46,064 nt of DNA from a bacterium (GTDB lineage Bacteria > JAHJDO01), in assembly GCA_043824255.1 (NCBI GenBank), contig JBDRTG010000026.1, positions 1-46,064 on the forward strand. The letters run 5' to 3'. Below, one piece after another: positions 9,525 through 18,381 of this stretch. Positions within the stretch are counted from its first letter, which is position 1; every line of letters starts with the position of its first letter. A model generated the notes under the pieces. That model worked only from the letters and a program-made list of their open reading frames with translations, searched no databases and was not told where the DNA came from. The position numbers and the translations under genes are program-made.

Positions 9525-10211
9525 TTAACTTTTAAAAATATCAGGTCTTCTTAATCGTGTTCTTTCTAAAGATCTTTTCTTTCTCCATAACTCTATTTGA
9601 TTATGGTCGCCGCTGAGTAAAACCTTCGGAACCTCAAGCCCTCTGAATACCGGTGGCCTTGTATATTGAGGATACCCTAAAGATGGGCCAAAGAAAGAGT
9701 CAGTTTTTATAGAATCCTGATTACCGAGCACACCTGGTATTAATCTAACAACAGTATCAATAATAACCATTGCTGGTAATTCGCCCCCCGTTAGCACATA
9801 ATCACCTATTGAAATTTCCCTATCAACTAAATTGCGAATTCGTTCATCAACGCCTTCATATCTTCCGCATATAAATATTAGGGTATGTTTCTCTTTTAAC
9901 TCCTTTGCCATATCCTGATTGAATTTTTCCCCCTGTGGACAGGTGAGAATAACAGAGGTATTCTCGGTTTCAATCTTGGATTCTTCCTTTATATGATCCA
10001 CGGCTTTGTATACTGGCTCAGGTTTCATAACCATGCCACAGCCACCACCATATGGAGTATCGTCTGTAGTTCTTCTCGTCCCATCAGCAAAATCTCGAAG
10101 ATTGTGTATATTTATATCTACATACCCTCTTTCCTGTGCTTTTCCCAATATACTCTGATGCAGAGGAAATTTAAACATATCTGGGAATATTGTGAGAACA
10201 TGTATTATCAT
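9525..10211 (-). CDS. trmD: tRNA (guanine37-N1)-methyltransferase
   Basis: DDTPYGGGCGMVM, CGRYEGVDER, SIGDYVLTGGE, PQYTRP. Confidence 0.97.
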   Translation of the reverse strand: MIIHVLTIFPDMFKFPLHQSILGKAQERGYVDINIHNLRDFADGTRRTTDDTPYGGGCGMVMKPEPVYKAVDHIKEESKIETENTSVILTCPQGEKFNQDMAKELKEKHTLIFICGRYEGVDERIRNLVDREISIGDYVLTGGELPAMVIIDTVVRLIPGVLGNQDSIKTDSFFGPSLGYPQYTRPPVFRGLEVPKVLLSGDHNQIELWRKKRSLERTRLRRPDIFKS

Positions 10212-10654
10212 TAGTGCGCTCTGCTAAGTTTCTTTTTACTTTTTCTTTGTATTTGCTTGCCTTTACTACTCTTCTTACCCTGTGCGACTTTGGTACTGGA
10301 TGTTATCTTGCGTGTGGCTTTGCCTTTTTGTACTTTATCTTTGCCTTCCCCTTTTCCCTTCCCTTTACTTTCACCTTCTACAACAGGCTTCTTCTCCACT
10401 TTTTCCTGCTCCTGGAATTTTTTAGCTTTACGTAATATACTCTTTGCTGTATCAGAAAGTTGTGCCCCTTTTTTTATCCACATATCCACCTTTTCAATAT
10501 CAATATCTACCTTTACAGGATTCTCTATTGGACCATAATGTCCTAACAATTCCAAAATTTTTCCTCTGGTAGATACTCTGGAATCAACAGCAACTATTCT
10601 GTAGTAAGGTTTCTTCTTTGCTCCTACTCTTCTCAATCTAATTTTAACTGGCAT
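10211..10654 (-). CDS. rpsP: 30S ribosomal protein S16 with long Lys-rich tail
   Basis: VKIRLRRVGAKKKPYYRIVAVDSR..GAQLSDT. Confidence 0.95.
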   Translation of the reverse strand: MPVKIRLRRVGAKKKPYYRIVAVDSRVSTRGKILELLGHYGPIENPVKVDIDIEKVDMWIKKGAQLSDTAKSILRKAKKFQEQEKVEKKPVVEGESKGKGKGEGKDKVQKGKATRKITSSTKVAQGKKSSKGKQIQRKSKKKLSRAH

Positions 10655-10679
10655 TTATCTATCTCCTTTTGTTGTTTTT

Positions 10680-10742
10680 ACATCCCCCTTAATCCCCCTT
10701 CAAAGGGGGAGGGTTTCGCCACAGACGAAATCAGGGGGATGT
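10680..10742. repeat. REP-like GC-rich palindromic element between ffh and rpsP
   Basis: Outer stem ACATCCCCCT/AGGGGGATGT encloses hairpins TCCCCCTT-CA-AAGGGGGA (10693-10710) and TTTCG-N7-CGAAA (10714-10730). Confidence 0.65.
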
Positions 10743-12053
10743 TGGGAACAGGCCTCTTTTGCCCAGAGACCCTCCCCGTTTTATTAATTCTTTAATCATT
10801 CGTCTTGATGCAATAAAATTCTTAATAAGCAGGTTAACATCCTGAATGCTTGTTCCACTGCCTCCAGCTATACGCCTTCGTCTTTGTCCATTAATTATCT
10901 CTATACTCTTCCTCTCCTCTTTTGTCATTGAATTAATAATTGCTTCCTGTTTCTTTATAGTCCCTTCATCAACCCTTAAATTTTTAAATTGGCCCTGTGC
11001 AGGAAGCATTTCTAGAATTTCCTGCATTGATCCAAGTTTTTTCATCTTCTTAAGCTGATCAAGAAAATCCTCTAAGGTTAAGGTTTCTTTTCTCATTTTC
11101 TTCTCAAGCTCTTTTTCCTGTTCAGCTTTATCCTTGAATTCTGCCTTATCAATTAAGCTGAGGATATCTCCCATTCCCAGTATTCTGGATGCCATTCTAT
11201 CTGGATAAAATAATTCTAAATTATCTAGTTTCTCGCCATTTCCAACAAATTTCACAGGCTTACCTGTAACAGCACATATAGATATTGCTGCGCCGCCTCT
11301 AGCATCTCCATCCATTTTTGTAAGAATTACGCCATCTATTCCCAGAATATCCTGATATTCTCTTGCTATTTTTACTGCATCCTGGCCTGTCATGGCATCT
11401 GCTACCAGTAGAACCTCATGTGCTCTTGTAGCCTTTTTCATATCTACCAGCTCTTTCATTAGTTTCTCATCAATATGAAGCCTGCCTGCTGTATCAATAA
11501 TAACAATATCCTTGTTGTCTCTGGAAGCAAGCTTAACAGAATCAGTTGCAATCCTTACAGGATCATTGCGCCCTGAAAAAACAGGTATATTCAATTGGCT
11601 TCCAAGAACTTCCAGCTGTTTCACTGCAGCAGGCCTATATATATCTGCTGCTGCCAGAAGGCACTGATAATTCTGTTTTGCGAAATATTTTGCAAGTTTA
11701 CCAACTGTTGTTGTTTTTCCCCCTCCCTGAAGACCAACTACCATTATAACCGTAGGCTGCCCTTTTGCCATATTGATGCTGCAAGCTGATTTCCCTAAAA
11801 GATTGATCAGTTCTTCATGTACTACTTTTATGACCTGCTGCCCTGGTTGAAGGCTTCTAAGTACCTGTTGTCCAACTGCTTTTTCACCAATATTTCCAAT
11901 AAACTCTTTAACAACCTTATAATTAACATCAGCTTCCAGAAGAACAAGTTGTACCTCCCGTAATGCAGCCTTTATGTTATCATCTGTAAGCCTGCCCGGC
12001 TTTCTAAGATTGCGAAATATGTTCTGAAACTTTTCTGATATTATTTCAAGCAT
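10731..12053 (-). CDS. ffh: Signal recognition particle protein Ffh
   Basis: LLEADVN, GLQGGGKTTT, DTAGR, TKMDGDARGG, RMASRILGMGD, M-domain. ATG 12053 preferred over 12083. Confidence 0.97.
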   Translation of the reverse strand: MLEIISEKFQNIFRNLRKPGRLTDDNIKAALREVQLVLLEADVNYKVVKEFIGNIGEKAVGQQVLRSLQPGQQVIKVVHEELINLLGKSACSINMAKGQPTVIMVVGLQGGGKTTTVGKLAKYFAKQNYQCLLAAADIYRPAAVKQLEVLGSQLNIPVFSGRNDPVRIATDSVKLASRDNKDIVIIDTAGRLHIDEKLMKELVDMKKATRAHEVLLVADAMTGQDAVKIAREYQDILGIDGVILTKMDGDARGGAAISICAVTGKPVKFVGNGEKLDNLELFYPDRMASRILGMGDILSLIDKAEFKDKAEQEKELEKKMRKETLTLEDFLDQLKKMKKLGSMQEILEMLPAQGQFKNLRVDEGTIKKQEAIINSMTKEERKSIEIINGQRRRRIAGGSGTSIQDVNLLIKNFIASRRMIKELIKRGGSLGKRGLFPTSP

Positions 12054-12708
12054 TACTATTCTCTTTACCCCGCAATTTTGCAATTGCCTCTTTTATATCA
12101 GGCGCTTTAAACACAGCTGTTCCAGCAACCAATATGTTAGCACCTGCTTTTACAACATCTGCTGCCGTGGTTTCGTCTATCCCGCCATCTACCTCTATAT
12201 CAACAGGTAACCCTGCATTATCTATCATTCGTTTAAGCTCTTTTATCTTTGGCAGAACAGACCTAATGAATTTCTGGCCGCTAAATCCCGGATTAACAGT
12301 CATAAGCAGGACCATGTCAACCTGTTTTAGAACGTGTTCTATACGCGCAACAGGCGTAGAAGGGTTAAGCGAAACTCCGACTGTCTTGGAGAATTTTCGT
12401 ATATGATCAAAAGTCTTCTGCAAATTCTCACATGCCTCAATGTGAACAGTTATAATATCTGCTCCTGCTTCCACAAAAGCATCTATGTATTTGTCCGGAT
12501 TTTCAATCATTAAATGCACGTCAAGCGGAATGCTAATCTTACTTTTTATGGATTTTACTACTACCGGCCCTATTGTTATATTAGGAACAAAATGCCCATC
12601 CATAACATCAATATGTATAAGATCCGCTCCTGCCCCCTCAGCTCTATACACCTCTTGCTCAAGCCTTGAAAAATCCGCAGAAAGGATTGAAGGCGCTATT
12701 TTTATCAT
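12046..12708 (-). CDS. rpe: Ribulose-phosphate 3-epimerase
   Basis: IAPSILSADF, HIDVMDGHFVPN, MTVNPGFSGQ, EVDGG. Confidence 0.97.
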   Translation of the reverse strand: MIKIAPSILSADFSRLEQEVYRAEGAGADLIHIDVMDGHFVPNITIGPVVVKSIKSKISIPLDVHLMIENPDKYIDAFVEAGADIITVHIEACENLQKTFDHIRKFSKTVGVSLNPSTPVARIEHVLKQVDMVLLMTVNPGFSGQKFIRSVLPKIKELKRMIDNAGLPVDIEVDGGIDETTAADVVKAGANILVAGTAVFKAPDIKEAIAKLRGKENSNA

Positions 12709-12949
12709 TGTGCCAAATTGCTCCTATTTAAATGCCCTTTTAGCACATTTTGGTTTACGTTTCAAGAAATGAAAGCGTTAACAGAAAAATCGATTCTATT
12801 CTTCAGAGAAGTTAACGAGAATTATTTCGCTAAATCAATAAAAATTTGCTATACTCCAGATGGTTTTATAAAGAAATTATGTATCCCATATATTCATCGT
12901 TCAAATGCGAATTACCTACCTTTCTCCAATACCTAATGTTCTATTTGAC

Positions 12950-14143
12950 ATGAATAATAAAGATACAATTAAACTGAGAATCCAAGATGTGGTCTACCGC
13001 GGACGTGGCCTGGCGCGGCTGGACGGCATGGTCTACTTTGTTGACGGTGTGCTCCCGGATGAACTGGTGCGGGCAAGAATCAGGAAGCAAAGGAAGAACT
13101 GTGCCGAGGCCGACCTGGTGGAGGTACTGGAGGAATCGTCCTCGCGTGTCGTGCCGTCTTGTGAGTTTGCCGAGAAATGCGAGGGATGTTGTTACCAGCA
13201 TATGGAGCATGACGCGGAGATAGAATTAAAGCAGAAGCAGCTTGTGAACCTTCTTGAACACATGGGTGGATGTTCCGAAGTTACCTGCAGGGAGCCGGTA
13301 CGATGCCCATCTGCACTCGGATACCGAAACAAGATCTCCATGCACGTGAAGGGGCGGGGAGACGGCAGGGCCTTTGGATACTACATGAAGGACAACAAGA
13401 CCGTTCTTGATGTCCCGAATTGCCCGTTGGCAATGGACCCTCTTAACAATCTTCTGACAGAACTTCGAAAGGATTCATCGTTCAGCTACGGCACATCGGT
13501 TAGTCTCAGGTACACGGAGCATGATGGCGCCGTGTATTGGACCGATAGCATCGTGCCTTCCAGTCCGAGACTGGTTGAGAAAACGCCACTTGGTAATATC
13601 AGCGTTCCAACAAAAAGTTTCTTCCAGACGAACCCACAGGTAACAGAAGCGCTTTTCGACAGTTTGTCCGAAATACTGAATCGTATTGAACCCAAGGCGG
13701 CGATAGACCTCTACTGCGGAGTGGGCACTTTTGCATTCACCGCGGCAAAGGTCGGAGCGAAAGCAGTAATTGGCATAGATACAGACAAGCGCGCGATCAA
13801 CGCGGCAATACGCAACGGGCGAACCCTGGATCTTGCTTCGGTGGTGTTCCGGCATGGTTACGCGGAAGATCTACTGGAAGAAGCGCTGGACAAGATCGAT
13901 GTCAAAGACACGGTGGTAATACTTGATCCGCCGCGTGCCGGATTGGAGAAACGGGTAGTCGAGATTTTGGGCAGAAAGAAACCGCGTGATATTATTTATG
14001 TGTCATGCGCGGCAGACACGATGGCGCGTGACGTGAAGTTTCTGACCAGCCATAGCTATCGACTTATAGACACGGGGCTCGTGGACATGTTCCCACGCAC
14101 CGCATATTTCGAATCTATCACACACCTGAGCTCGTCTCCCTGA
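12950..14143 (+). CDS. TrmA/RlmD-family RNA (uracil-C5)-methyltransferase with TRAM domain
   Basis: TRAM N-terminus, C..CEGCCYQ Fe-S motif, SFFQTN, DLYCGVG, DPPRAG, YVSC, DMFPRT..E. Start 12950 or 12905. Confidence 0.9.
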   Translation: MNNKDTIKLRIQDVVYRGRGLARLDGMVYFVDGVLPDELVRARIRKQRKNCAEADLVEVLEESSSRVVPSCEFAEKCEGCCYQHMEHDAEIELKQKQLVNLLEHMGGCSEVTCREPVRCPSALGYRNKISMHVKGRGDGRAFGYYMKDNKTVLDVPNCPLAMDPLNNLLTELRKDSSFSYGTSVSLRYTEHDGAVYWTDSIVPSSPRLVEKTPLGNISVPTKSFFQTNPQVTEALFDSLSEILNRIEPKAAIDLYCGVGTFAFTAAKVGAKAVIGIDTDKRAINAAIRNGRTLDLASVVFRHGYAEDLLEEALDKIDVKDTVVILDPPRAGLEKRVVEILGRKKPRDIIYVSCAADTMARDVKFLTSHSYRLIDTGLVDMFPRTAYFESITHLSSSP

Positions 14144-14145
14144 GT

Positions 14146-14161
14146 CTCCGCATTTGCGGAG
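14146..14161. terminator. Hairpin between the convergent methyltransferase and fmt genes
   Basis: CTCCGC-ATTT-GCGGAG perfect inverted repeat, no long U tract. Confidence 0.45.
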
Positions 14162-14163
14162 GT

Positions 14164-15123
14164 CTATCGAAATTTAAAGCCTTTTTTAATAGGATGACCT
14201 CTGATAAATTCTTCAAAAGATACTTTTCTACTACCCTCAAGCTGCACCTCGCTAAGCAGAAGTTGTCCCTTGCCTGTGCCTACCAACCCGCCTTTATTCT
14301 TCAATACATCCAATAACACACCTGTTTTCCCTCTGCTGTATGAGGATGCATCAAAAACTTCTGTTTTGAGTATTTTTAGCATTTTCTTTTTGCTAGACAT
14401 GTTTAGGAATGTGTAAGTACTTGGCCATGGACTCATAGCTCTTGTCATATTATTAATTTCTTCCGCAGATCTGGTCCAATCTATGAAACCGTCAGATTTC
14501 TTGAGCATTGGAGCATATGTTGCCTCTGCATGATGTTGAGGGATTCTGGAACAAGTGCCTTGCTCTATTTGTGCTATAGCTTTAACTAATAATTTTGCTG
14601 ATAATTTGCTTAATCTATCACGAAGAGTTTCCGTGTTGTCTGACGGACTGATTATTGCTTTCTCTTGCAGTATAATATCACCAGCATCCATTTTTTCGTT
14701 GATAAACATTATTGTTACACCTGTCTGTTTTTCTCCGTTAAGCAATGCTCTTTGTATTGGAGCTGCACCCCTATATTTTGGCAATAAAGACGCATGCGCA
14801 TTTATACAACCCAAGCGTGGAATATCCAGAATTTGTTTAGGGAGTATTTTGCCATAAGCTACAACAACTATGAGCTCAGGACTGAGTGCTTGAAGGCTCT
14901 TTACTAATGCGTCTGTTATTGTCTCTGGCTGAAGAATCTTAATATTGTATTCTTGCGCACATAATTTTACAGGAGGAGCCATCACCCCTCTTTGCCTGCC
15001 TTTTGGCCTGTCAGGCTGTGCAACAACGCATATCACATTATGCTTAACCTGTATAAGCGCTTTAAGACTGGGCAGGGCAAAATCAGGTGTTCCCATAAAA
15101 ACAAGTTTCACTCTGTCAGACAT
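14164..15123 (-). CDS. fmt: Methionyl-tRNA formyltransferase
   Basis: FMGTPDFA, QPDRPKGR, VVAYG, NAHASLLPKYRGAAPIQ, MDAGD. Confidence 0.97.
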   Translation of the reverse strand: MSDRVKLVFMGTPDFALPSLKALIQVKHNVICVVAQPDRPKGRQRGVMAPPVKLCAQEYNIKILQPETITDALVKSLQALSPELIVVVAYGKILPKQILDIPRLGCINAHASLLPKYRGAAPIQRALLNGEKQTGVTIMFINEKMDAGDIILQEKAIISPSDNTETLRDRLSKLSAKLLVKAIAQIEQGTCSRIPQHHAEATYAPMLKKSDGFIDWTRSAEEINNMTRAMSPWPSTYTFLNMSSKKKMLKILKTEVFDASSYSRGKTGVLLDVLKNKGGLVGTGKGQLLLSEVQLEGSRKVSFEEFIRGHPIKKGFKFR

Positions 15124-15292
15124 ATCATCACCTCTAAAAGGTTCTTTAACAGACCTGGTAGCTATTTTACTTTAAGGTATTAATAATTGCAATTCCTGAA
15201 AAACACTTGATAATCATTATTGCCATATTTGAGTATATGATATATTATTAATCAGATTTTTTAAATTATAGACTTAAAAATGAGGAGAGGAA

Positions 15293-16261
15293 ATGATGGG
15301 AACCGATGAGATAACATTGGAGGATTTGCAGACTAAGGAATTTATAGAAGAAAAAACAAATGATATTTCTTCTACCGTTGGAGATGGTCTAGCTATTAAC
15401 GCATTATCCGGAGGTGTTGATTCTTCAGTTGTTACGATGTTAGGATTTAAGGCGTTAGGGGCAAGACTTAAAACATATTTTGTAGAAAATGGATTAATGA
15501 GGCAGGGCGAACCACAAAGGATTGTATCCCTGTTTAAAGAATTAAGCGTGCATGTAGAAATAATTGACGCTAAAGAGGAATTCTTTGATGCATTAGAAGG
15601 CATAACAGATCCTGAAGAAAAAAGAGAAGCTATCACTCAAACATTCTACAAAGATGTTTTTGGAAAGTTAGTAAAAGAAAGTGGGGCAAAACATCTTTTG
15701 CAGGGAACGATTTTAACTGATATAGACGAAACTGTTGCAGGAATCAAAAGACAGCATAATGTTTTTGAGCAGCTTGGCATTAATCCTGAAGAAGTATTTG
15801 GCTATAAAATTATAGAGCCCTTAGTACAACTCAGGAAACCTGCAGTAAGAAAAGTTGCAAAGGCTCTTGGCTTGCCGGAAGAAATATATAATAGGCCTCC
15901 TTTCCCGGGTCCTGCTTTGGCAGCGAGAGTAATAGGCAAAATTACCCCGGAAAGAACAGAGATTGTAAGAAAAGCTACAAAAATTGCTGATGAAGAGCTA
16001 TCTGCTACAGAAGCCTTTCAATATCTGGCAATTTTGCACGAAGATAAAGTAACAGGCATAAGAGAAGGAAAAAGAGATTTTGGTCTGCAAATAGAAATAA
16101 GATGCTGGGACAGTAAAGATGCAATAACAGCCTCACCAACAAAACTCCCATACGATATTTTAGAAAAACTGGCAGACAGAATAACACAGGAAGTGCCGGG
16201 TGTGGTAAGTGTTACTTATAACATAACTAAAAAACCGCCTTCGACCATAGAAGCTGTTTGA
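15293..16261 (+). CDS. GMP synthase ATP-pyrophosphatase subunit-like protein (no glutaminase domain)
   Basis: PP-loop ALSGGVDSSV, DPEEKR, QGT, PFPGPALAAR, YNITKKPPSTIE. No GATase domain fused or adjacent. Confidence 0.85.
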   Translation: MMGTDEITLEDLQTKEFIEEKTNDISSTVGDGLAINALSGGVDSSVVTMLGFKALGARLKTYFVENGLMRQGEPQRIVSLFKELSVHVEIIDAKEEFFDALEGITDPEEKREAITQTFYKDVFGKLVKESGAKHLLQGTILTDIDETVAGIKRQHNVFEQLGINPEEVFGYKIIEPLVQLRKPAVRKVAKALGLPEEIYNRPPFPGPALAARVIGKITPERTEIVRKATKIADEELSATEAFQYLAILHEDKVTGIREGKRDFGLQIEIRCWDSKDAITASPTKLPYDILEKLADRITQEVPGVVSVTYNITKKPPSTIEAV

Positions 16262-16276
16262 ATAGAATTATTAACT

Positions 16277-17350
16277 TTATCTTCCTTGCTTATCAGGAAG
16301 TTCTGCTGAGGCAATATTCTCCAGCTTATTTGTGAATTTTTCCAGTCTTCGCTCCGCAGATTCATAGGAGGATTTTGAATGAACCAGATGAGTGCCTATC
16401 TTTGAAAATTCCTCATAAAACCTTGCCAGGTCACCATGCAGCCGAGCAAGATTGCCTATTATAGTTTGCGCACTTTTTTCTATCCTCATGCCTCTTAACC
16501 CCAGCAGAATTGCCTGCAAATATGCATAGAAGCTGTTTGGAGATACAGGAATTACTTTTTTGCGCAACGCATAGCTGCAAATACTTTTTTCTTCTCCCAG
16601 ATTATCATCCTTTATTATAGTTTCATAATATACATTCTCTGCAGGAATATACATAAAAGCAAAATCAAATGTACCTTCGTCAGGCAGTATGTATTTTGAT
16701 GCAATACTATCAATATGCTTTTTAATATCAGTCACAAATGCCTTTCTTATTTGTGATTTCTCCATATGATCTTCTGTACTAATTAGTCTCTTAAAGTTTT
16801 CCAAAGGGAATTTTGCGTCAATCGGCACCATTTGATGAGCTAATTTAATAACAGCATCAACTCGTTGACCATTCTTGAAAGTGTACTGAAGTTTATAGTG
16901 CTCCGGGGACATAATCTGAGAGAGAAGATCTCCCAATAAGAACTCGCCAAGGCCTCCTCTCAGCTTTGGTGCTCTGAGTATTTCCTGCAAAGAAGATATA
17001 TCTTTTCCAATATCATATATCCTTTTATTTGCTTCTGCTAATTGTGTAAGCCGATTCTGCACATCTCCAACTACCTTGGTTGTGCCTTCCAGTTTGTCGG
17101 AAAAGTTATTATTGGCTGTTTCAAGCATTTTTATGTTATTCTGCAGCTGTGTATTTATCTGACCAACTATCAGGGACATCTGCTGATTAAGAACCTGACT
17201 ATTGTCTGAGAGACTTTTGCTGACTTGTTCTCTTAGATCATTTATCTCCTGGTGTATAAGTGGATCAGACGGCTGCTTTCTATCTTTAAATAAAAGAGTT
17301 AATATCAGAAGAAATAAAAAAGCAAATATAACTATAATATAACCTGACAT
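16277..17350 (-). CDS. rmuC: DNA recombination protein RmuC
   Basis: N-terminal TM helix, coiled coil, PKLRGGLGE, PIDAKFP, DIKKHIDSIASKYI, FMYIPAENVY. ATG 17350 preferred. Confidence 0.9.
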   Translation of the reverse strand: MSGYIIVIFAFLFLLILTLLFKDRKQPSDPLIHQEINDLREQVSKSLSDNSQVLNQQMSLIVGQINTQLQNNIKMLETANNNFSDKLEGTTKVVGDVQNRLTQLAEANKRIYDIGKDISSLQEILRAPKLRGGLGEFLLGDLLSQIMSPEHYKLQYTFKNGQRVDAVIKLAHQMVPIDAKFPLENFKRLISTEDHMEKSQIRKAFVTDIKKHIDSIASKYILPDEGTFDFAFMYIPAENVYYETIIKDDNLGEEKSICSYALRKKVIPVSPNSFYAYLQAILLGLRGMRIEKSAQTIIGNLARLHGDLARFYEEFSKIGTHLVHSKSSYESAERRLEKFTNKLENIASAELPDKQGR

Positions 17351-17450
17351 GCTTCCAACACACTCCCAGTTTCTTTGAAAGTTATCATTTAATACAGGCA
17401 AACTCAAGAGAATTTTGGCCCGAGGGAGCTTGATAAGATTGAATTCTCTA

Positions 17451-17478
17451 TTGACAAAAGCTTTTTAATATATAGAAT
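17451..17478 (+). promoter_or_regulatory. Putative sigma70 promoter of rpsT
   Basis: TTGACA (17451-17456), 16 nt, TAGAAT (17473-17478), with AAGGAGA RBS downstream. Confidence 0.55.
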
Positions 17479-17504
17479 CATCCTCAGACCTACATAAGGA
17501 GATT

Positions 17505-17876
17505 GTGCACATGCAGAAACATAAGTCGGCCGTTAAGAGAGTAAGAACTAATAAAAAAGGATACAAAAAAAACAGAGCAGCAAAGACAACTATTAAAGCT
17601 GCTGTAAGGAATATTGATCAGCTTATAGGTAAAAAAGCCCCCGCAGCAGACCTGCAAAAACCAATAAGTAAATCCATTTCTTTGATAGACAAAGCTACAA
17701 CTAAGGGAATTATTAAGAAGAACACCGCTCGTAGAAAAAAATCCGTGATAATGCGAAAAGTGAATGAATACATATCTGTTCAATCTGCAGATGCTAAAGA
17801 TACTAAGTCAAACAAAGAAGAATCTGAATCCAAGAAAAGCGAAGAAATAGAAAAAACCAGTTCTACCAAAAATTAA
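17505..17876 (+). CDS. rpsT: 30S ribosomal protein S20 with charged C-terminal extension
   Basis: HKSAVKRVR..NRAAKTTIK..IDKATTKGIIKKNTARRKKS. Confidence 0.92.
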   Translation: MHMQKHKSAVKRVRTNKKGYKKNRAAKTTIKAAVRNIDQLIGKKAPAADLQKPISKSISLIDKATTKGIIKKNTARRKKSVIMRKVNEYISVQSADAKDTKSNKEESESKKSEEIEKTSSTKN

Positions 17877-18381
17877 CGACTTCACTTACAATATTTCTTG
17901 CCAAATTTTCAATAGCCTTATCTGCAGCTGCTTTCTCCGACATTGCCAATCTTCCGGAAGTGTAATAAGCAGTGCTGCCTTCAATAGTCTGAGTCCAGAT
18001 AATTTCATCTTTCTTAAGATTTTTAAATACAACCTGTGTAGTTACTACCATTCGATATTGCTCTACATCATTATTTTTATCATATCCCAGCGGTTCCGTT
18101 TTGTATCTTGTTACTTGCCCCTCAAGTATAGTGTCTGCTTCTTCATGCTTTAGGAGCCTCAGATTTCCATCCAGAATAAGTTCATTTATGACAGCATCTG
18201 TTACTGTTACATGAACATTATGCTCATAGGTCTCATTCTTAAACATTGGCACGTATATAGAGCTTATTCCAGCACTTTTTACTGTACTGGTAGTATATCC
18301 ACACCCTGCTAAGACAATAGGAATTAAAAATACAATTAAAATTCTAGGAGTTGAAAACCCCTTAGTCATCTTCTCATTCAT
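17863..18381 (-). CDS. lptE: LPS assembly lipoprotein LptE
   Basis: Lipobox LAGC-GY, SIYVPMFKNET, ADTILEGQV; adjacent to bamD. Confidence 0.8.
   Translation of the reverse strand: MNEKMTKGFSTPRILIVFLIPIVLAGCGYTTSTVKSAGISSIYVPMFKNETYEHNVHVTVTDAVINELILDGNLRLLKHEEADTILEGQVTRYKTEPLGYDKNNDVEQYRMVVTTQVVFKNLKKDEIIWTQTIEGSTAYYTSGRLAMSEKAAADKAIENLARNIVSEVVNFW

Noticed and set aside
12718..12936. 72-aa ORF and weak CGTTAAC..GTTAACG inverted repeat in the rpe/methyltransferase intergenic region
   Set aside because: No RBS or recognisable motif; AT-rich divergent promoter region.
15293..16261. PP-loop protein as the missing lasso cyclase
   Set aside because: Its motifs (DPEEKR, PFPGP, KPPSTIE) are GMP-synthase-type, not asparagine-synthetase-type, and it lies about 6 kb away among housekeeping genes.
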